A stretch of 64,000 nucleotides of DNA from Candidatus Heimdallarchaeota archaeon (GCA_030603365.1 JAUVXV010000006.1:64001-128000); one strand, 5' to 3'; counted from the first letter of the stretch, positions 10,368 through 20,815 are shown. Made by a program: numbers and translations. The notes: generated from the letters alone by a model not told the origin.

Positions 10368-10961
10368 ATGAAAATGTCCAAAACGGAAAAGAAGGTTGTC
10401 AACAGCAAAAAACATGGTCAAAGAAACATAGATTTGTATGAACAACTTTCTCAAAAAATAGATTTTACTGGAGTAAAGGATGTACTAGAAATAGGATGTG
10501 GTGCAGGCATTTTAGCTAACCACCTAAATGAGAAATATGGATTGGATGTAACTGGAATAGATATAGATCCAGAACAAATAGAACTAGCCAAAGAAAACCA
10601 AAAGAAAAAAGACAACCTACAATTTATGGTAGCTGATGCAACAAAGCTTAGTTTTAGTGAAGAAGAATCATATGATCTTACTATATCAACATATGTTTTA
10701 CATCACATAGGTAATTGGGAAGAAGCTTTAATGGAGATAAAACGAGTCTTAAAATCAAATGGGTTCTATATTTTCTACGATATGACTTACTCTAAGTTTA
10801 TAGTACAAATATTCAAGCCTATAGCGAAGAAATACGGGGTTTACACAGCTCGAGATATTAAGGGATTTTTTGAAAAAAATAATTTCAAAGTGCTATATGA
10901 AGAGAAACAAAAGCACTTTATATTTAAAAATTATATTTTCGTATTTCAAAAAACTGAATAA
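10368..10961 (+). CDS. Class I SAM-dependent methyltransferase
   Basis: VLEIGCGAG motif I, GIDID, YVLHH, RVLK.NG. Confidence 0.9.
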   Translation: MKMSKTEKKVVNSKKHGQRNIDLYEQLSQKIDFTGVKDVLEIGCGAGILANHLNEKYGLDVTGIDIDPEQIELAKENQKKKDNLQFMVADATKLSFSEEESYDLTISTYVLHHIGNWEEALMEIKRVLKSNGFYIFYDMTYSKFIVQIFKPIAKKYGVYTARDIKGFFEKNNFKVLYEEKQKHFIFKNYIFVFQKTE

Positions 10962-11129
10962 TTAAGATATAAAAATCATAAATAAGTTTTGAAAATAAAC
11001 TAGTAAATTATTTATAGTAATGATAGTAACTTATTCTTTGATATCATAAATTAAATCTAAATCATGGAATATTTGAAGACTGATTTTTTATTAACTAGCT
11101 TTATTAGTGCTCATTGCTCTTAACTTGTT

Positions 11130-11927
11130 ATGCCATTTGTTGAGAACAAAGGTGTAAAGCTTCATTATGTTGTTATTGGTCAAGGTCCGCCTATAGTTTT
11201 GATTCATGGCGGATTTGGAAGTTTCCAAGAGTGGTACATTGGTGGTTACGTTGATTCATTGAAAGATAACTATCAGCTTATTTTGGTTGACCTTCGAGGT
11301 CATGGACAAAGTGACAGACTTCATGATTCCCTATCCTATTCGACCAGAAATTTCACATCTGATATAATCGCTATACTAGATGATTTAAAAATAGATAAGG
11401 CACATTGTTGGGGATATTCTCTTGGAGGGCATCTAGCTTTCTGTTTATCTAGAGATTATCCTGAACGCTTTCTGAGTTTCATCATTGGTGGAATGTATCC
11501 TCAAGGACTAATTCAAAGAGATCTAGATAGAGAGAAACGTATAAGAGAACACTGTAAGGAAGGACCAGATGGTTTTATCAGATATTCAAAGGAAACGGGA
11601 CAAAATGTAACACCAGAGATGGAACGAGGAATAAGAACGATGGACTTCAAGTCAATTAATGCTTGGATAAACAGTGAGGACCTATTCCGTAAGGCAGATG
11701 AACATCTTCCAGATCTGGATATACCCTTCCTCTTGTATGCAGGAGAGCTAGACGAATGGGAACCCCATCCTCTTCTTGTTGAAGTAAGCAAGAAAATGAA
11801 AAATGCTGAGACAATACTGTTTGAAGGAAAAGGACATAATGTACAATTCGAACAAGGAGTAGTCCTTCCACATGTTTTAGAATTTCTAGAAGGGTTTATT
11901 AGCAATCATGAGAATGCATGTATTTGA
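11130..11927 (+). CDS. Alpha/beta fold hydrolase
   Basis: HGGFG, DLRGHGQS, GYSLGG nucleophile elbow, GELD, GKGH. Confidence 0.9.
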   Translation: MPFVENKGVKLHYVVIGQGPPIVLIHGGFGSFQEWYIGGYVDSLKDNYQLILVDLRGHGQSDRLHDSLSYSTRNFTSDIIAILDDLKIDKAHCWGYSLGGHLAFCLSRDYPERFLSFIIGGMYPQGLIQRDLDREKRIREHCKEGPDGFIRYSKETGQNVTPEMERGIRTMDFKSINAWINSEDLFRKADEHLPDLDIPFLLYAGELDEWEPHPLLVEVSKKMKNAETILFEGKGHNVQFEQGVVLPHVLEFLEGFISNHENACI

Positions 11928-12880
11928 TGCAAATGAAAGATTACAAAAAAATCTTAACATCTTTCTTTATTCTATTCTTATTTTCATCATTGACAGTAAG
12001 AAGCGAAATAGCACCAAATCTACTTGATCTGACGGAAGGGACAGTCATAATTGGAGATGTATACATGAATGAAATTTATGGGAAATTCAATTTCAGCGTA
12101 GATAGAATTTTCTATGACTCTTTCTTTGATGAAGATTTTGTTGAGCTAACAAGAGAAATGATTCATGAACCTCCATATAATCCAGTTAATGTAGTGAGAG
12201 AAATTGTTACATCACTTGTTGTAAATGATAATAGAACAGTTATCTTTCCGGTAGCATCCTACTACGTTGAAACTGTAGATTATAACGTCACTATATTTTT
12301 GGATTATACAGATGATTTAAACATGACTGAAGATGATTTAAAAGTCACTTACAATGGAACTACTTATATCTATAATGACTTAGACCCAGAAGAGCCTTTT
12401 TATGATAATGTTAGCTATTGGGCGTTTACTTGGGCAGTAGCAAACGTGTTTGAATTGCAAATGATGCCATTTATCAAATATGCTATCTCCCCTCAAGCAA
12501 CAATAGGGCAAGAAATCCTATATGGTCAATATAATGGAACAGTTGTAGGTTTCACGGAATATTACATTAGTGAAACAGAATATTTTGAAGCTATTGAAGT
12601 ACATCATGATGAAACAATAGTAATCATAGATATTTTCGGAACGGATGACCCATACACTTTAGGTGAAACCACTCTACTTTATGAAAAGAGTACGGGGATT
12701 GTTCTACACTGGATTGAATACAATTCTTTGCTAGACCATTATTATTACTACAATGCTACTGACGTTTTAGGTATTAATCCAATTATCGTTGTTCCAGAAT
12801 TTGCAGTACCCCTGATAATAGTACTAGGCAGTATTCTAATCGCCATACCAATTCTCACAAGTAGAAGAAAGAAAGAATAA
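11918..12880 (+). CDS. Secreted acidic protein with PEF-CTERM anchor (paralogue A)
   Basis: Signal peptide, VVPEF-TM-RRKKE; colinear with 13131-14087. Confidence 0.8.
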   Translation: MYLMQMKDYKKILTSFFILFLFSSLTVRSEIAPNLLDLTEGTVIIGDVYMNEIYGKFNFSVDRIFYDSFFDEDFVELTREMIHEPPYNPVNVVREIVTSLVVNDNRTVIFPVASYYVETVDYNVTIFLDYTDDLNMTEDDLKVTYNGTTYIYNDLDPEEPFYDNVSYWAFTWAVANVFELQMMPFIKYAISPQATIGQEILYGQYNGTVVGFTEYYISETEYFEAIEVHHDETIVIIDIFGTDDPYTLGETTLLYEKSTGIVLHWIEYNSLLDHYYYYNATDVLGINPIIVVPEFAVPLIIVLGSILIAIPILTSRRKKE

Positions 12881-13130
12881 TTTTTCTTTACCTTTTTCTT
12901 TTTTTTGTTTTCGAAGTAGTATAAAACTTAGCCAAAAATATTTTTTTAAAACTCTTAATAATTGTTCTTGAAAATAAAAGAAAAGTAAGGTAAAATTATA
13001 ATGTTATGCTGATAGTAACTGCAAAATTACAATCTGCTTTTGTTGCTTCAGATGTTTCATCACTAATTTCAATTCTGTTGTTTTTTTTATTTCTAGAAGG
13101 GTTTATTAGCAATCATGAGAATGCATATAT

Positions 13131-14087
13131 TTGATGCAAATGAGAAGTTACATCAAAATAACAGCTTGTTTTTGTATAGTATTCTTACTTTCATCATTAA
13201 CTGTGAGAAGCGAAACTGCTCCAAATCTACTAGAACTGACTGAAGGGATAGTTATAATAGGAGACACTCACCAAGAAGGACTCTTTGGTACAGCAAATTT
13301 TAGTGTAGATAAAATATGGTATGACCCCTTCTTCGATGAAGATATTGTAGAAATCTCTAGAGGTCTAGTACAAGATCCTCCATATGATCCGATTCTCAAT
13401 GTTTCTTCACAACAGATTAAATCATTGGTTGTAAAAGATAATAGAACAGTCTACATACCAGCAATTAGTTATGACATCAAAAGTGGAGATGATTTCATAA
13501 GTATATTTGTTAATTACACTGATGATTTGAATGTTACAGTAAATGATTTGATGGTCACTTACAATGGAATAACGTATGTTTATAATGAAATGGATCCTTA
13601 TTCAGCAGTTTATGAAAATGTTAGCTTTTGGATGATGAGCTGGGCAGTTGGGAATGTATTTGAATTACAGCTAATGCCTCTACTCAGATACGCAATTTCA
13701 CCTCAAGCAACGATTGGTCAAGAAATTGAATATGGCAAATTCACGGGAGAAGTAATGGGATTCACGGAATATTATATCAGCGAGACAGAATATTTTGAAG
13801 TTATCGAAGTACATCATAACGAAGAAATTGTTATCATTAATTTGTTCGGAACTGACCAGCCATATGTATTTGGAGATACCACTCTACTTTACGAAAAAAA
13901 TACCGGAATAATCTTACATTGGCTCGAATACAATTCTACATCATATGAATATTATTACTACAACGCAACAGAAGTAATAGGTATCAGTCCAATCAGTATA
14001 CCAGAATTTTCAGTACCCTTGATAATAGTACTAAGCAGTATTCTAATCGCTATACCAATTCTCATAAGTAGAAGAAAGAAAGAATAA
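13131..14087 (+). CDS. Secreted acidic protein with PEF-CTERM anchor (paralogue B)
   Basis: Signal peptide, SIPEF-TM-RRKKE; shares APNLL and YAISPQATIGQEI with paralogue A. Confidence 0.8.
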   Translation: MMQMRSYIKITACFCIVFLLSSLTVRSETAPNLLELTEGIVIIGDTHQEGLFGTANFSVDKIWYDPFFDEDIVEISRGLVQDPPYDPILNVSSQQIKSLVVKDNRTVYIPAISYDIKSGDDFISIFVNYTDDLNVTVNDLMVTYNGITYVYNEMDPYSAVYENVSFWMMSWAVGNVFELQLMPLLRYAISPQATIGQEIEYGKFTGEVMGFTEYYISETEYFEVIEVHHNEEIVIINLFGTDQPYVFGDTTLLYEKNTGIILHWLEYNSTSYEYYYYNATEVIGISPISIPEFSVPLIIVLSSILIAIPILISRRKKE

Positions 14088-14204
14088 TTTTTCTTTACCT
14101 TTTTCTTTTTTTTTGTTTTCGAAGTAGTACAAAACTTAGCCAAAAATATTTTTTTAAAAATCTTAATAAGTGTTCATGGTAATTAATGAAAGTAAGGTAA
14201 GAGT

Positions 14205-15296
14205 ATGAAGAAGCATGTATGTCTTTGTGTTTTGTTGATAATATTTGCAAATTACAATCTTATAGCTGTTTCCACTTATGCTAATAATCAAGAGGTGACG
14301 ATAACTAAAGTAGGAGAATTTGCAACCAATGCATTGTACTATCATATTGAAGTAATTGATGACATACTATACTTTACTGAATTTGATACAAAGAAATTTT
14401 GTTTGTTAGATGTACAAGATCCATCAAAACCCGTTTCATTAGCAAATTATTCTGTAACAGATGGACATGATTTCGAAATTAGGGGGGATATTGCTTATTT
14501 GAGTACATGGGAGTATGGGATAGAAATCACCGATATCTCGAATTCAACCAATCCAATAAAAATCAGTAATTACACAACAGGACCAATATCACATCTGAAT
14601 GTAATCGACAACTACATCTATGCAAGTCGTCACACTGAGAACAGATCTTATTATGAGATAATCGATGTAAGCAATCTTTTTGAACCTAAGTTAGTCAAAG
14701 AATTCTGTGAGGGACAGGGAGCTAAACCATTCATTGATAACAATTTAGCTCTCATATGTGTAAAGAATGTAACTTCGCTAGAGTGTTATTTTCGTTTATA
14801 CAATATTGAAGACCGTGAAAACCCTGAATTGGTTAGTGAGTATATTTCTAATGAAAATATATACTGCTATGACATCTTTTTAGAAAATGATTATGCCTAT
14901 TTTGCTTTAGCAGGTAAAGGGGTAATGATTATAGATTACAGTGACATCTATAACCCCATTTATGTGCACAGATTTGAAACTGGACATAATGTCTGGCGAT
15001 TGCATGTGGTTGAGGATATACTTTTCATAGCAAATGATGTTGCAGGAACAAAAATCATAGATGTTACAAGCAAAACCAATCCTATAGAACTAGCAAAATA
15101 TTATGATGGAGGATCAGCTTATAACTTGGATATGAAAGACAATCTCATCTTTGTTGCAGATGAGAATGATGCCATAGAAATTCTAGAAATTAAAGGATTA
15201 GAGATATTTGAAACATCATTTGTTTTATTGCATAGTTTGTTACTAATCCCTATTCTTATACTGCTTAAAAAAATACCAAAGAGTAAAAGGAAATAA
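14205..15296 (+). CDS. LVIVD-repeat beta-propeller surface protein
   Basis: Repeated (I/L)xDxS.P..P units, signal peptide, C-terminal TM + basic tail. Confidence 0.8.
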   Translation: MKKHVCLCVLLIIFANYNLIAVSTYANNQEVTITKVGEFATNALYYHIEVIDDILYFTEFDTKKFCLLDVQDPSKPVSLANYSVTDGHDFEIRGDIAYLSTWEYGIEITDISNSTNPIKISNYTTGPISHLNVIDNYIYASRHTENRSYYEIIDVSNLFEPKLVKEFCEGQGAKPFIDNNLALICVKNVTSLECYFRLYNIEDRENPELVSEYISNENIYCYDIFLENDYAYFALAGKGVMIIDYSDIYNPIYVHRFETGHNVWRLHVVEDILFIANDVAGTKIIDVTSKTNPIELAKYYDGGSAYNLDMKDNLIFVADENDAIEILEIKGLEIFETSFVLLHSLLLIPILILLKKIPKSKRK

Positions 15297-15368
15297 CAAA
15301 CAAGGTAGGCTAATGCAAGAAATTAGAATAAGATTTTAGTGATATTGAAAAAGAAAAAAAGAAAAAGA

Positions 15369-16943
15369 TCATACGTTCTTTAATCGTTTCTTAGTTATCA
15401 TAGAGAGAGGAACCAATGCTACAACAAACAAAGATAGTATGAATATGATCTGAATACCAGTTGATAACTCTGGAATTATTAAGGGTCCTGTGGGATAGGG
15501 GTCATTGTTATTAGCAGCACCATCAAGAGGATATGGAGGTATACCATTCCAATCTGACCACCAATTACCTTCTAACGTGATTGTATTAAACCAGATATTA
15601 TCTGTCCCATCGTCGTAACCTTGAGAAGTTCCTCCAAGATTGTTATCAGTTAAATAGTTGAGATACACCTCATTGTCAGAGGAGAAACCATTCAAGTAAA
15701 TTCCATAGTCTGCACAATTTTGAATAGTATTGTTCGTAATGAGACAAGAATCAGAAGATTGCAGATAGATACCCCAATGACTGCTAATGATACAAGTGTT
15801 ATTCATAATTGTGTTTCCAAAGCAACTCCATATATAGATGCTCAACCACACATTATTGTTGCAAGTATTATTGTTAACTATACAATTATCAGAAATAAAC
15901 AACCATAATCCATACCCACCATTATTATTACAGATATTGTTAGCAAATGTTGATCCTTGATCGTATACCGTCTCTAGTCCATCGTCAGAATTGTAACTAC
16001 AAGTATTGTTTACAACAGTACTGTAAGTGCAATCCTCAAGAATGATCCCATCAAAATTATTATTGCATGTATTATTCATGATCTCAGCATTGTCACACCA
16101 ATAAAGAAACATACCAGTTCTTGTATTTGATAGGTCTTGGTTGTATATAGTGGGTCTGTTACAGTAAATAAGGATGAGTTGACCATAATCAGGAGTTGTA
16201 AAGATAAGATCATCTGTATATGTATAATATCCTAAGATCTTCCCATTTACCCAGTTATTCTCAAAACTAAAGTTAAGGTAATTTGTTAGACTAATATCCT
16301 CGATATGAACACCACAATTGTAAAAAGCATTATTTGTAAGAGTAGAATTAGTGGAATGCCAAATAGTGATTCCACGACCACCACCATTATCACTAAGTGT
16401 GTTATTTATAATAATAGCACCGGGTGAGTAATATAAATTAATGCCATTAAAAGCATTGTTTGTCATTGTGCTATTTATGATTTTAACACTAGGAGAATAA
16501 TCTAGATATATGCCTTCCCAATTATTTTCATTAAGAGTAGTATTATAGATTGTAGCTGTTCCTGAAGTAACAGATTCAAAACTGATACCATATCCAACAG
16601 TTTCAATGTAACAATTACTGATAACAAAGTGTTTGGTTGTACCTTTTACGGATATACCATATGAGGTGGCTGTAATAATGTTGTAGCCAGTAATCATGTA
16701 AGGATCACTTCTTGTTCCAGTTCCAGAAAAACCATAGTCAGTAAAATTATTGTCAGATATTATTGTAAACGGAGCATGATCTAATAGAGCTTGAAATGAA
16801 GATGAAGATTCGTTGTGAACAACAGGAATTGCTAAGATAGAAGTTGAATTCTGATTAACTGAAAGAAAGAGTAGTGAGATAATAACTAGAAATACGATAC
16901 TTGTTTTTGAGAAATTATTTTTTTTATTCATTTTTAACCTCAA
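15369..16943 (-). CDS. Secreted right-handed beta-helix (NosD-like) protein with PEF-CTERM-like anchor
   Basis: Paralogue of 2400-3959 (shared NFSFENNWVNGKILGYY and GNWWSDW); ends IIPEL-TM-KKRLK. Confidence 0.85.
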   Translation of the reverse strand: MRLKMNKKNNFSKTSIVFLVIISLLFLSVNQNSTSILAIPVVHNESSSSFQALLDHAPFTIISDNNFTDYGFSGTGTRSDPYMITGYNIITATSYGISVKGTTKHFVISNCYIETVGYGISFESVTSGTATIYNTTLNENNWEGIYLDYSPSVKIINSTMTNNAFNGINLYYSPGAIIINNTLSDNGGGRGITIWHSTNSTLTNNAFYNCGVHIEDISLTNYLNFSFENNWVNGKILGYYTYTDDLIFTTPDYGQLILIYCNRPTIYNQDLSNTRTGMFLYWCDNAEIMNNTCNNNFDGIILEDCTYSTVVNNTCSYNSDDGLETVYDQGSTFANNICNNNGGYGLWLFISDNCIVNNNTCNNNVWLSIYIWSCFGNTIMNNTCIISSHWGIYLQSSDSCLITNNTIQNCADYGIYLNGFSSDNEVYLNYLTDNNLGGTSQGYDDGTDNIWFNTITLEGNWWSDWNGIPPYPLDGAANNNDPYPTGPLIIPELSTGIQIIFILSLFVVALVPLSMITKKRLKNV

Positions 16944-17155
16944 AGATTAGTTATAAATTCATATTATATAAGGATTTTACCAAGATTTTTAGTTCATTAC
17001 CTTACAAGAAGGTATGTTAACTAATCCTAGCAGCCTCTAGCTAACAATAACCGCATATACATCTTCTTGGAAGATATCTGATAAAGACAAGAAGGTGGGA
17101 TGTTGGAAAGACCTACTTATTATATGTCCTGTTTTCAGAAGAGATAAATAAAAAG

Positions 17156-17227
17156 TTAGCATCGGGATGCTAATGGAAACATTTAAATATTCGTGCAGAC
17201 AACATATAGTTAGCATCAAAATGCTAA
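17156..17227 (+). promoter_or_regulatory. Two palindromic sites flanking a TATA-like box upstream of the R-M operon
   Basis: TTAGCATCGGGATGCTAA (17156-17173) and TTAGCATCAAAATGCTAA (17210-17227), with TTTAAATA at 17182-17189. Confidence 0.65.
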
Positions 17228-17809
17228 GTGAATATCATGAAACTCAATAAACTTTCAATGATAAAGTCTGGATATTTATTCAAAACATCCTTAAAAGAGG
17301 ATAAGGAAGGCAATATGAGAGTAATTCTTCCAAAGAATCTCTCCGATGATGGTGTGCTAGATCTTTCGGAACTAATCAAAATAAGACTTGAAGAAAAAGA
17401 AACAATTATGGGTTTAGAAGAAAATCAAATAGTCTTCAAAGCAAAAAGTACAAAACCTGCGGCAAGTTTGATTAAGATGAGAATAGAAAATACTCTTGCA
17501 TCACATCATTTCTTCATCATTTCATTAACATCAGAAGAGGTCATACCAGAATATGTATGCTGGTATCTAAACCAACAACCAGCCCAGAGCTATTTTCGAA
17601 AAAATGCAATGGGTTCAAGAGTACCTATAATAAATAAAAGAACTTTGAGTGAGATAGACATACCTATCATCGATATGAATTCTCAGGCAAAAATTGTGAA
17701 AATATATAACAATTTTATGAAAGAGAAAGGATTAACTAAAAACTTATTACAGCTAAAAGAGAAAACTATGTCTCAAATGCTACTAAACTTCCTACAAGGT
17801 GTAAAGTAA
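17228..17809 (+). CDS. Half-size type I specificity-like subunit (single TRD)
   Basis: PEYVCWYLN...GSRVPIINK..L.EIDIP...Q.KI pattern of one HsdS TRD + helix; TAATG overlap with hsdM. Confidence 0.7.
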   Translation: MNIMKLNKLSMIKSGYLFKTSLKEDKEGNMRVILPKNLSDDGVLDLSELIKIRLEEKETIMGLEENQIVFKAKSTKPAASLIKMRIENTLASHHFFIISLTSEEVIPEYVCWYLNQQPAQSYFRKNAMGSRVPIINKRTLSEIDIPIIDMNSQAKIVKIYNNFMKEKGLTKNLLQLKEKTMSQMLLNFLQGVK

Positions 17810-19281
17810 TGGTTTCAATGAAACAAGAGGAAATATTTCAATTGATTTTTTCGGTCATGGATAGAATAAGAGGTTTTGTAGATTGCGAGGAGTATAAAGA
17901 TATTATACTCCCCCTCTTATTTTACAAGCACATTAGTGATGTATGGATTAAAAATAAAGATGAGGAAACAGGAAAAAATGAAATAAAAGAAACAATTAAA
18001 ATTTCTGACAATAACTCATTTTATGATATATTTGCAAAAATAGAGAAGGACAACAAAGTAAGGATTTTAGAAAAAGCTCTTCTTCTAATAGAGAAAGACA
18101 ATCCAGATGTTCTAAAGGGTGTATTTGAGTACACAATTTTAGAAGGATTAAGGAGGTCAAGAGATTCGCAAATTGAAACTGAAGCAATAATTGGAGCAAT
18201 TGAAATAATAAACCAAATAGATTTGAAACATGATTATGTGAATCAAAAAGAACATGTCAGTATTGGTGAAGTATTTGAAAACGCATTAAACATATTTGCA
18301 TCTATTTCAAGATTTGGTGAGTTTATGACTCCCATTGAGATATCACATTTATTTTCCGAGATTATTAAACCAAAGAAAGGAGATCAAATTTATGACCCAG
18401 CAATTGGCACAGGTTCTCTTCTGCTTAGAGTTTTAGATCATAAGAGAACAAGAAATTTTGAGATTTTTGGTCAAGAGGTAAATAAGCGTAATTGGGCATT
18501 ATGTAAGATGAATATGATTATTCATGGACATCTTGATGCTAATATTGCTTTAGGTAATACTTTATTGAACCCACAGTTTCTTCAGGGAGATAGTATTCAG
18601 AAATTTGATATTGTTATATCAAACCCACCATTTTCAGTGAAAAATTGGAATTATGAACATTTGCAAAAGGACCCATATAATCGTTATAAAAGAGGCATAC
18701 CTCCAGGATCAAATGCAGATTATGCATTTATATCTCACATGATAGAATCATTGAAGGAGAAGCAAGGAAGAATGGGGATTTTGGTTTCACATGGTGTGCT
18801 GTTTAAACGAAGAAAAGAAGGTGAAATCAGGAGAAAAATAGTTGAGGAAAATCTGATTGAAGCTGTAATAGGACTACCAGAGAAGATGCTCTATGGAACG
18901 AGCATACCAGTAGCAATAGTTATCTTGAAAAAGCAGAAAGAAGACACAGATATTTTGTTTATTGACGCTAGTAAAGGATTTGAGGAGGGTAAAAGCTTGA
19001 ACACATTAAGAGTGCAAGATATTAAAAGAATTGCATCAACTTACACTGAGAAAAAGGAAATTGAAAACTACTCTCGTATTGTGAAGATTGAAGAGATTAT
19101 TACGAATGAATATAATCTAAATATTCGACGATATGTTGATAGTTCAGAAATAAAGGAAAAAATTGATATAAAGTGGGCTATAAAGGAAATTGAACAGCTA
19201 GAATATGAATTAAATCAGACTAGAAATAGAACAACAGAATTAATAAAAGAGTTATATAAAATAATCAAGGAGCGAGAATAA
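17809..19281 (+). CDS. hsdM: Type I R-M methyltransferase subunit (copy 1)
   Basis: GEFMTP, YDPAIGTGS, GQE, SNPPF catalytic motif, YNLNIRRYV. Confidence 0.9.
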   Translation: MVSMKQEEIFQLIFSVMDRIRGFVDCEEYKDIILPLLFYKHISDVWIKNKDEETGKNEIKETIKISDNNSFYDIFAKIEKDNKVRILEKALLLIEKDNPDVLKGVFEYTILEGLRRSRDSQIETEAIIGAIEIINQIDLKHDYVNQKEHVSIGEVFENALNIFASISRFGEFMTPIEISHLFSEIIKPKKGDQIYDPAIGTGSLLLRVLDHKRTRNFEIFGQEVNKRNWALCKMNMIIHGHLDANIALGNTLLNPQFLQGDSIQKFDIVISNPPFSVKNWNYEHLQKDPYNRYKRGIPPGSNADYAFISHMIESLKEKQGRMGILVSHGVLFKRRKEGEIRRKIVEENLIEAVIGLPEKMLYGTSIPVAIVILKKQKEDTDILFIDASKGFEEGKSLNTLRVQDIKRIASTYTEKKEIENYSRIVKIEEIITNEYNLNIRRYVDSSEIKEKIDIKWAIKEIEQLEYELNQTRNRTTELIKELYKIIKERE

Positions 19282-19342
19282 TGGTTCAGAAGGAATTAGA
19301 TTTTGAAAAAAAGAACAAAATAAAGAGAGAAGAGGAAAAAAA

Positions 19343-20815
19343 ATGTCAAAACTAGATTTAGATAAACTAAAACCATTCTTGTTGAGTGCAGCAAATATCC
19401 TAAGAGGAAGTATTGACTCAGCTGAGTATAAGCATTACATCTTTGGTTTATTGTTTCTTAAACGTCTATCTGATCAATTTGATGATGAAAGAAAGGAAGT
19501 TAAAGGAAATCCAGAAGATCCTGATAATTACCAATTTTTTGTTCCCCAACGAGCTAGATGGTCATCAATTAGAAAAGTTTCAGAAGGAATAGGAAACGCA
19601 ATTGACAAAGGATTTGAAGCCCTAGAAGAGGATAATCCAATTCTGGAAGGAGTTCTAACTCCTATACAATATGAAGACCCAAGAAAGTTAAATGATGAAG
19701 CATTGAATAAATTGATAGTACATTTCAGTAAAGAAGGATACAATCTTGCTAATTCCAATCTTGCGGAACCAGATATACTTGGAAGAGCCTATGAATACTT
19801 AATAGCTGAATTTGCAGACGATGCCGGAAAGAAAGGTGGAGAATTTTATACTCCCAATGGAGTTGTAAGATTATTAGTTAGAATCCTTAAACCTGAAGAA
19901 GGTATCCGTATTTGTGATCCTGCTTGTGGTAGTGGAGGGATGTTAATAGAATGTACTCATTACTTGAAAGAGCAGGATAAGAATCATATGAATATTTCAC
20001 TTTTTGGTCAAGAAAAGAACCTTAACACCTGGGCAATTGCGAAAATGAATCTTCTTTTACATGGAATTCTAGATGCAAGAATTGAAAGAGGAGATACAAT
20101 GTCTGAACCTAAACTTGTTGAAGATAGTTTTTTAATGCTCTTTGATATAGTAATAGCAAATCCCATGTGGAATCAGAAAGAATGGAGTAGAGAGTTGTTT
20201 GAAGCTGGAGATCCATATGGGAGAGCTAAATATGGTGTTCCTTCAAAAAGTTCAGGAGACTGGATGTGGATTCAGCATATGTTAGCAACACTGAAATTTG
20301 ATGGCAGATTAGGTGTAGTTCTTGATAACGGAGCATTATTCAGAGGAGCTAAAGAGGGGAAAATAAGAAAAGGAATAATTGAAGATGATCTAATTGAAGG
20401 AATTATTGCTTTACCTGCTAACTTATTCATGAATACTGGATCGCCAGGTTGTTTAATAATTTTAAACAAACAAAAAGACAAAATATTAAGAAATAAAATC
20501 TTCTTTATTCATGCGGAAAATGAGTATGAAGAAGGAAAAGCACAGAATTTTCTAAGAGAACCACATATCAATAAAATTGCAGAAACATATCACAAGAAGA
20601 ATGTTAAAGAAAAATTCTCAGATTTGATAGATATAGAAGAAATAAAAGAAAATGATTACAATCTAAATGTCTCAAGATATGTTGATATCTTACCAGAAGA
20701 AGAACTAATTGATCTAGAACAGGTTTTGAAATCTTTAACAGAGATAAAACAAGAAAGAGAGAAACTAGAAGAGGAATTTCATAAAAATATGGTGGAACTA
20801 GGATATGAAAAGTAG
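19343..20815 (+). CDS. hsdM: Type I R-M methyltransferase subunit (copy 2, NPMW motif)
   Basis: ANILRG, GKKGGEFYTP, DPACGSGGML, ANPMWN in place of NPPF, YNLNVSRYV. Confidence 0.92.
   Translation: MSKLDLDKLKPFLLSAANILRGSIDSAEYKHYIFGLLFLKRLSDQFDDERKEVKGNPEDPDNYQFFVPQRARWSSIRKVSEGIGNAIDKGFEALEEDNPILEGVLTPIQYEDPRKLNDEALNKLIVHFSKEGYNLANSNLAEPDILGRAYEYLIAEFADDAGKKGGEFYTPNGVVRLLVRILKPEEGIRICDPACGSGGMLIECTHYLKEQDKNHMNISLFGQEKNLNTWAIAKMNLLLHGILDARIERGDTMSEPKLVEDSFLMLFDIVIANPMWNQKEWSRELFEAGDPYGRAKYGVPSKSSGDWMWIQHMLATLKFDGRLGVVLDNGALFRGAKEGKIRKGIIEDDLIEGIIALPANLFMNTGSPGCLIILNKQKDKILRNKIFFIHAENEYEEGKAQNFLREPHINKIAETYHKKNVKEKFSDLIDIEEIKENDYNLNVSRYVDILPEEELIDLEQVLKSLTEIKQEREKLEEEFHKNMVELGYEK

Larger units (their letters stand above)
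11882..14169 (+). repeat. Tandem duplication (unit about 1.2 kb)
   Basis: 38-bp identical block at 11882-11919 and 13089-13126; about 168-bp near-identical block at 12794-12961 and 14001-14169; paralogous ORFs in between. Confidence 0.9.
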
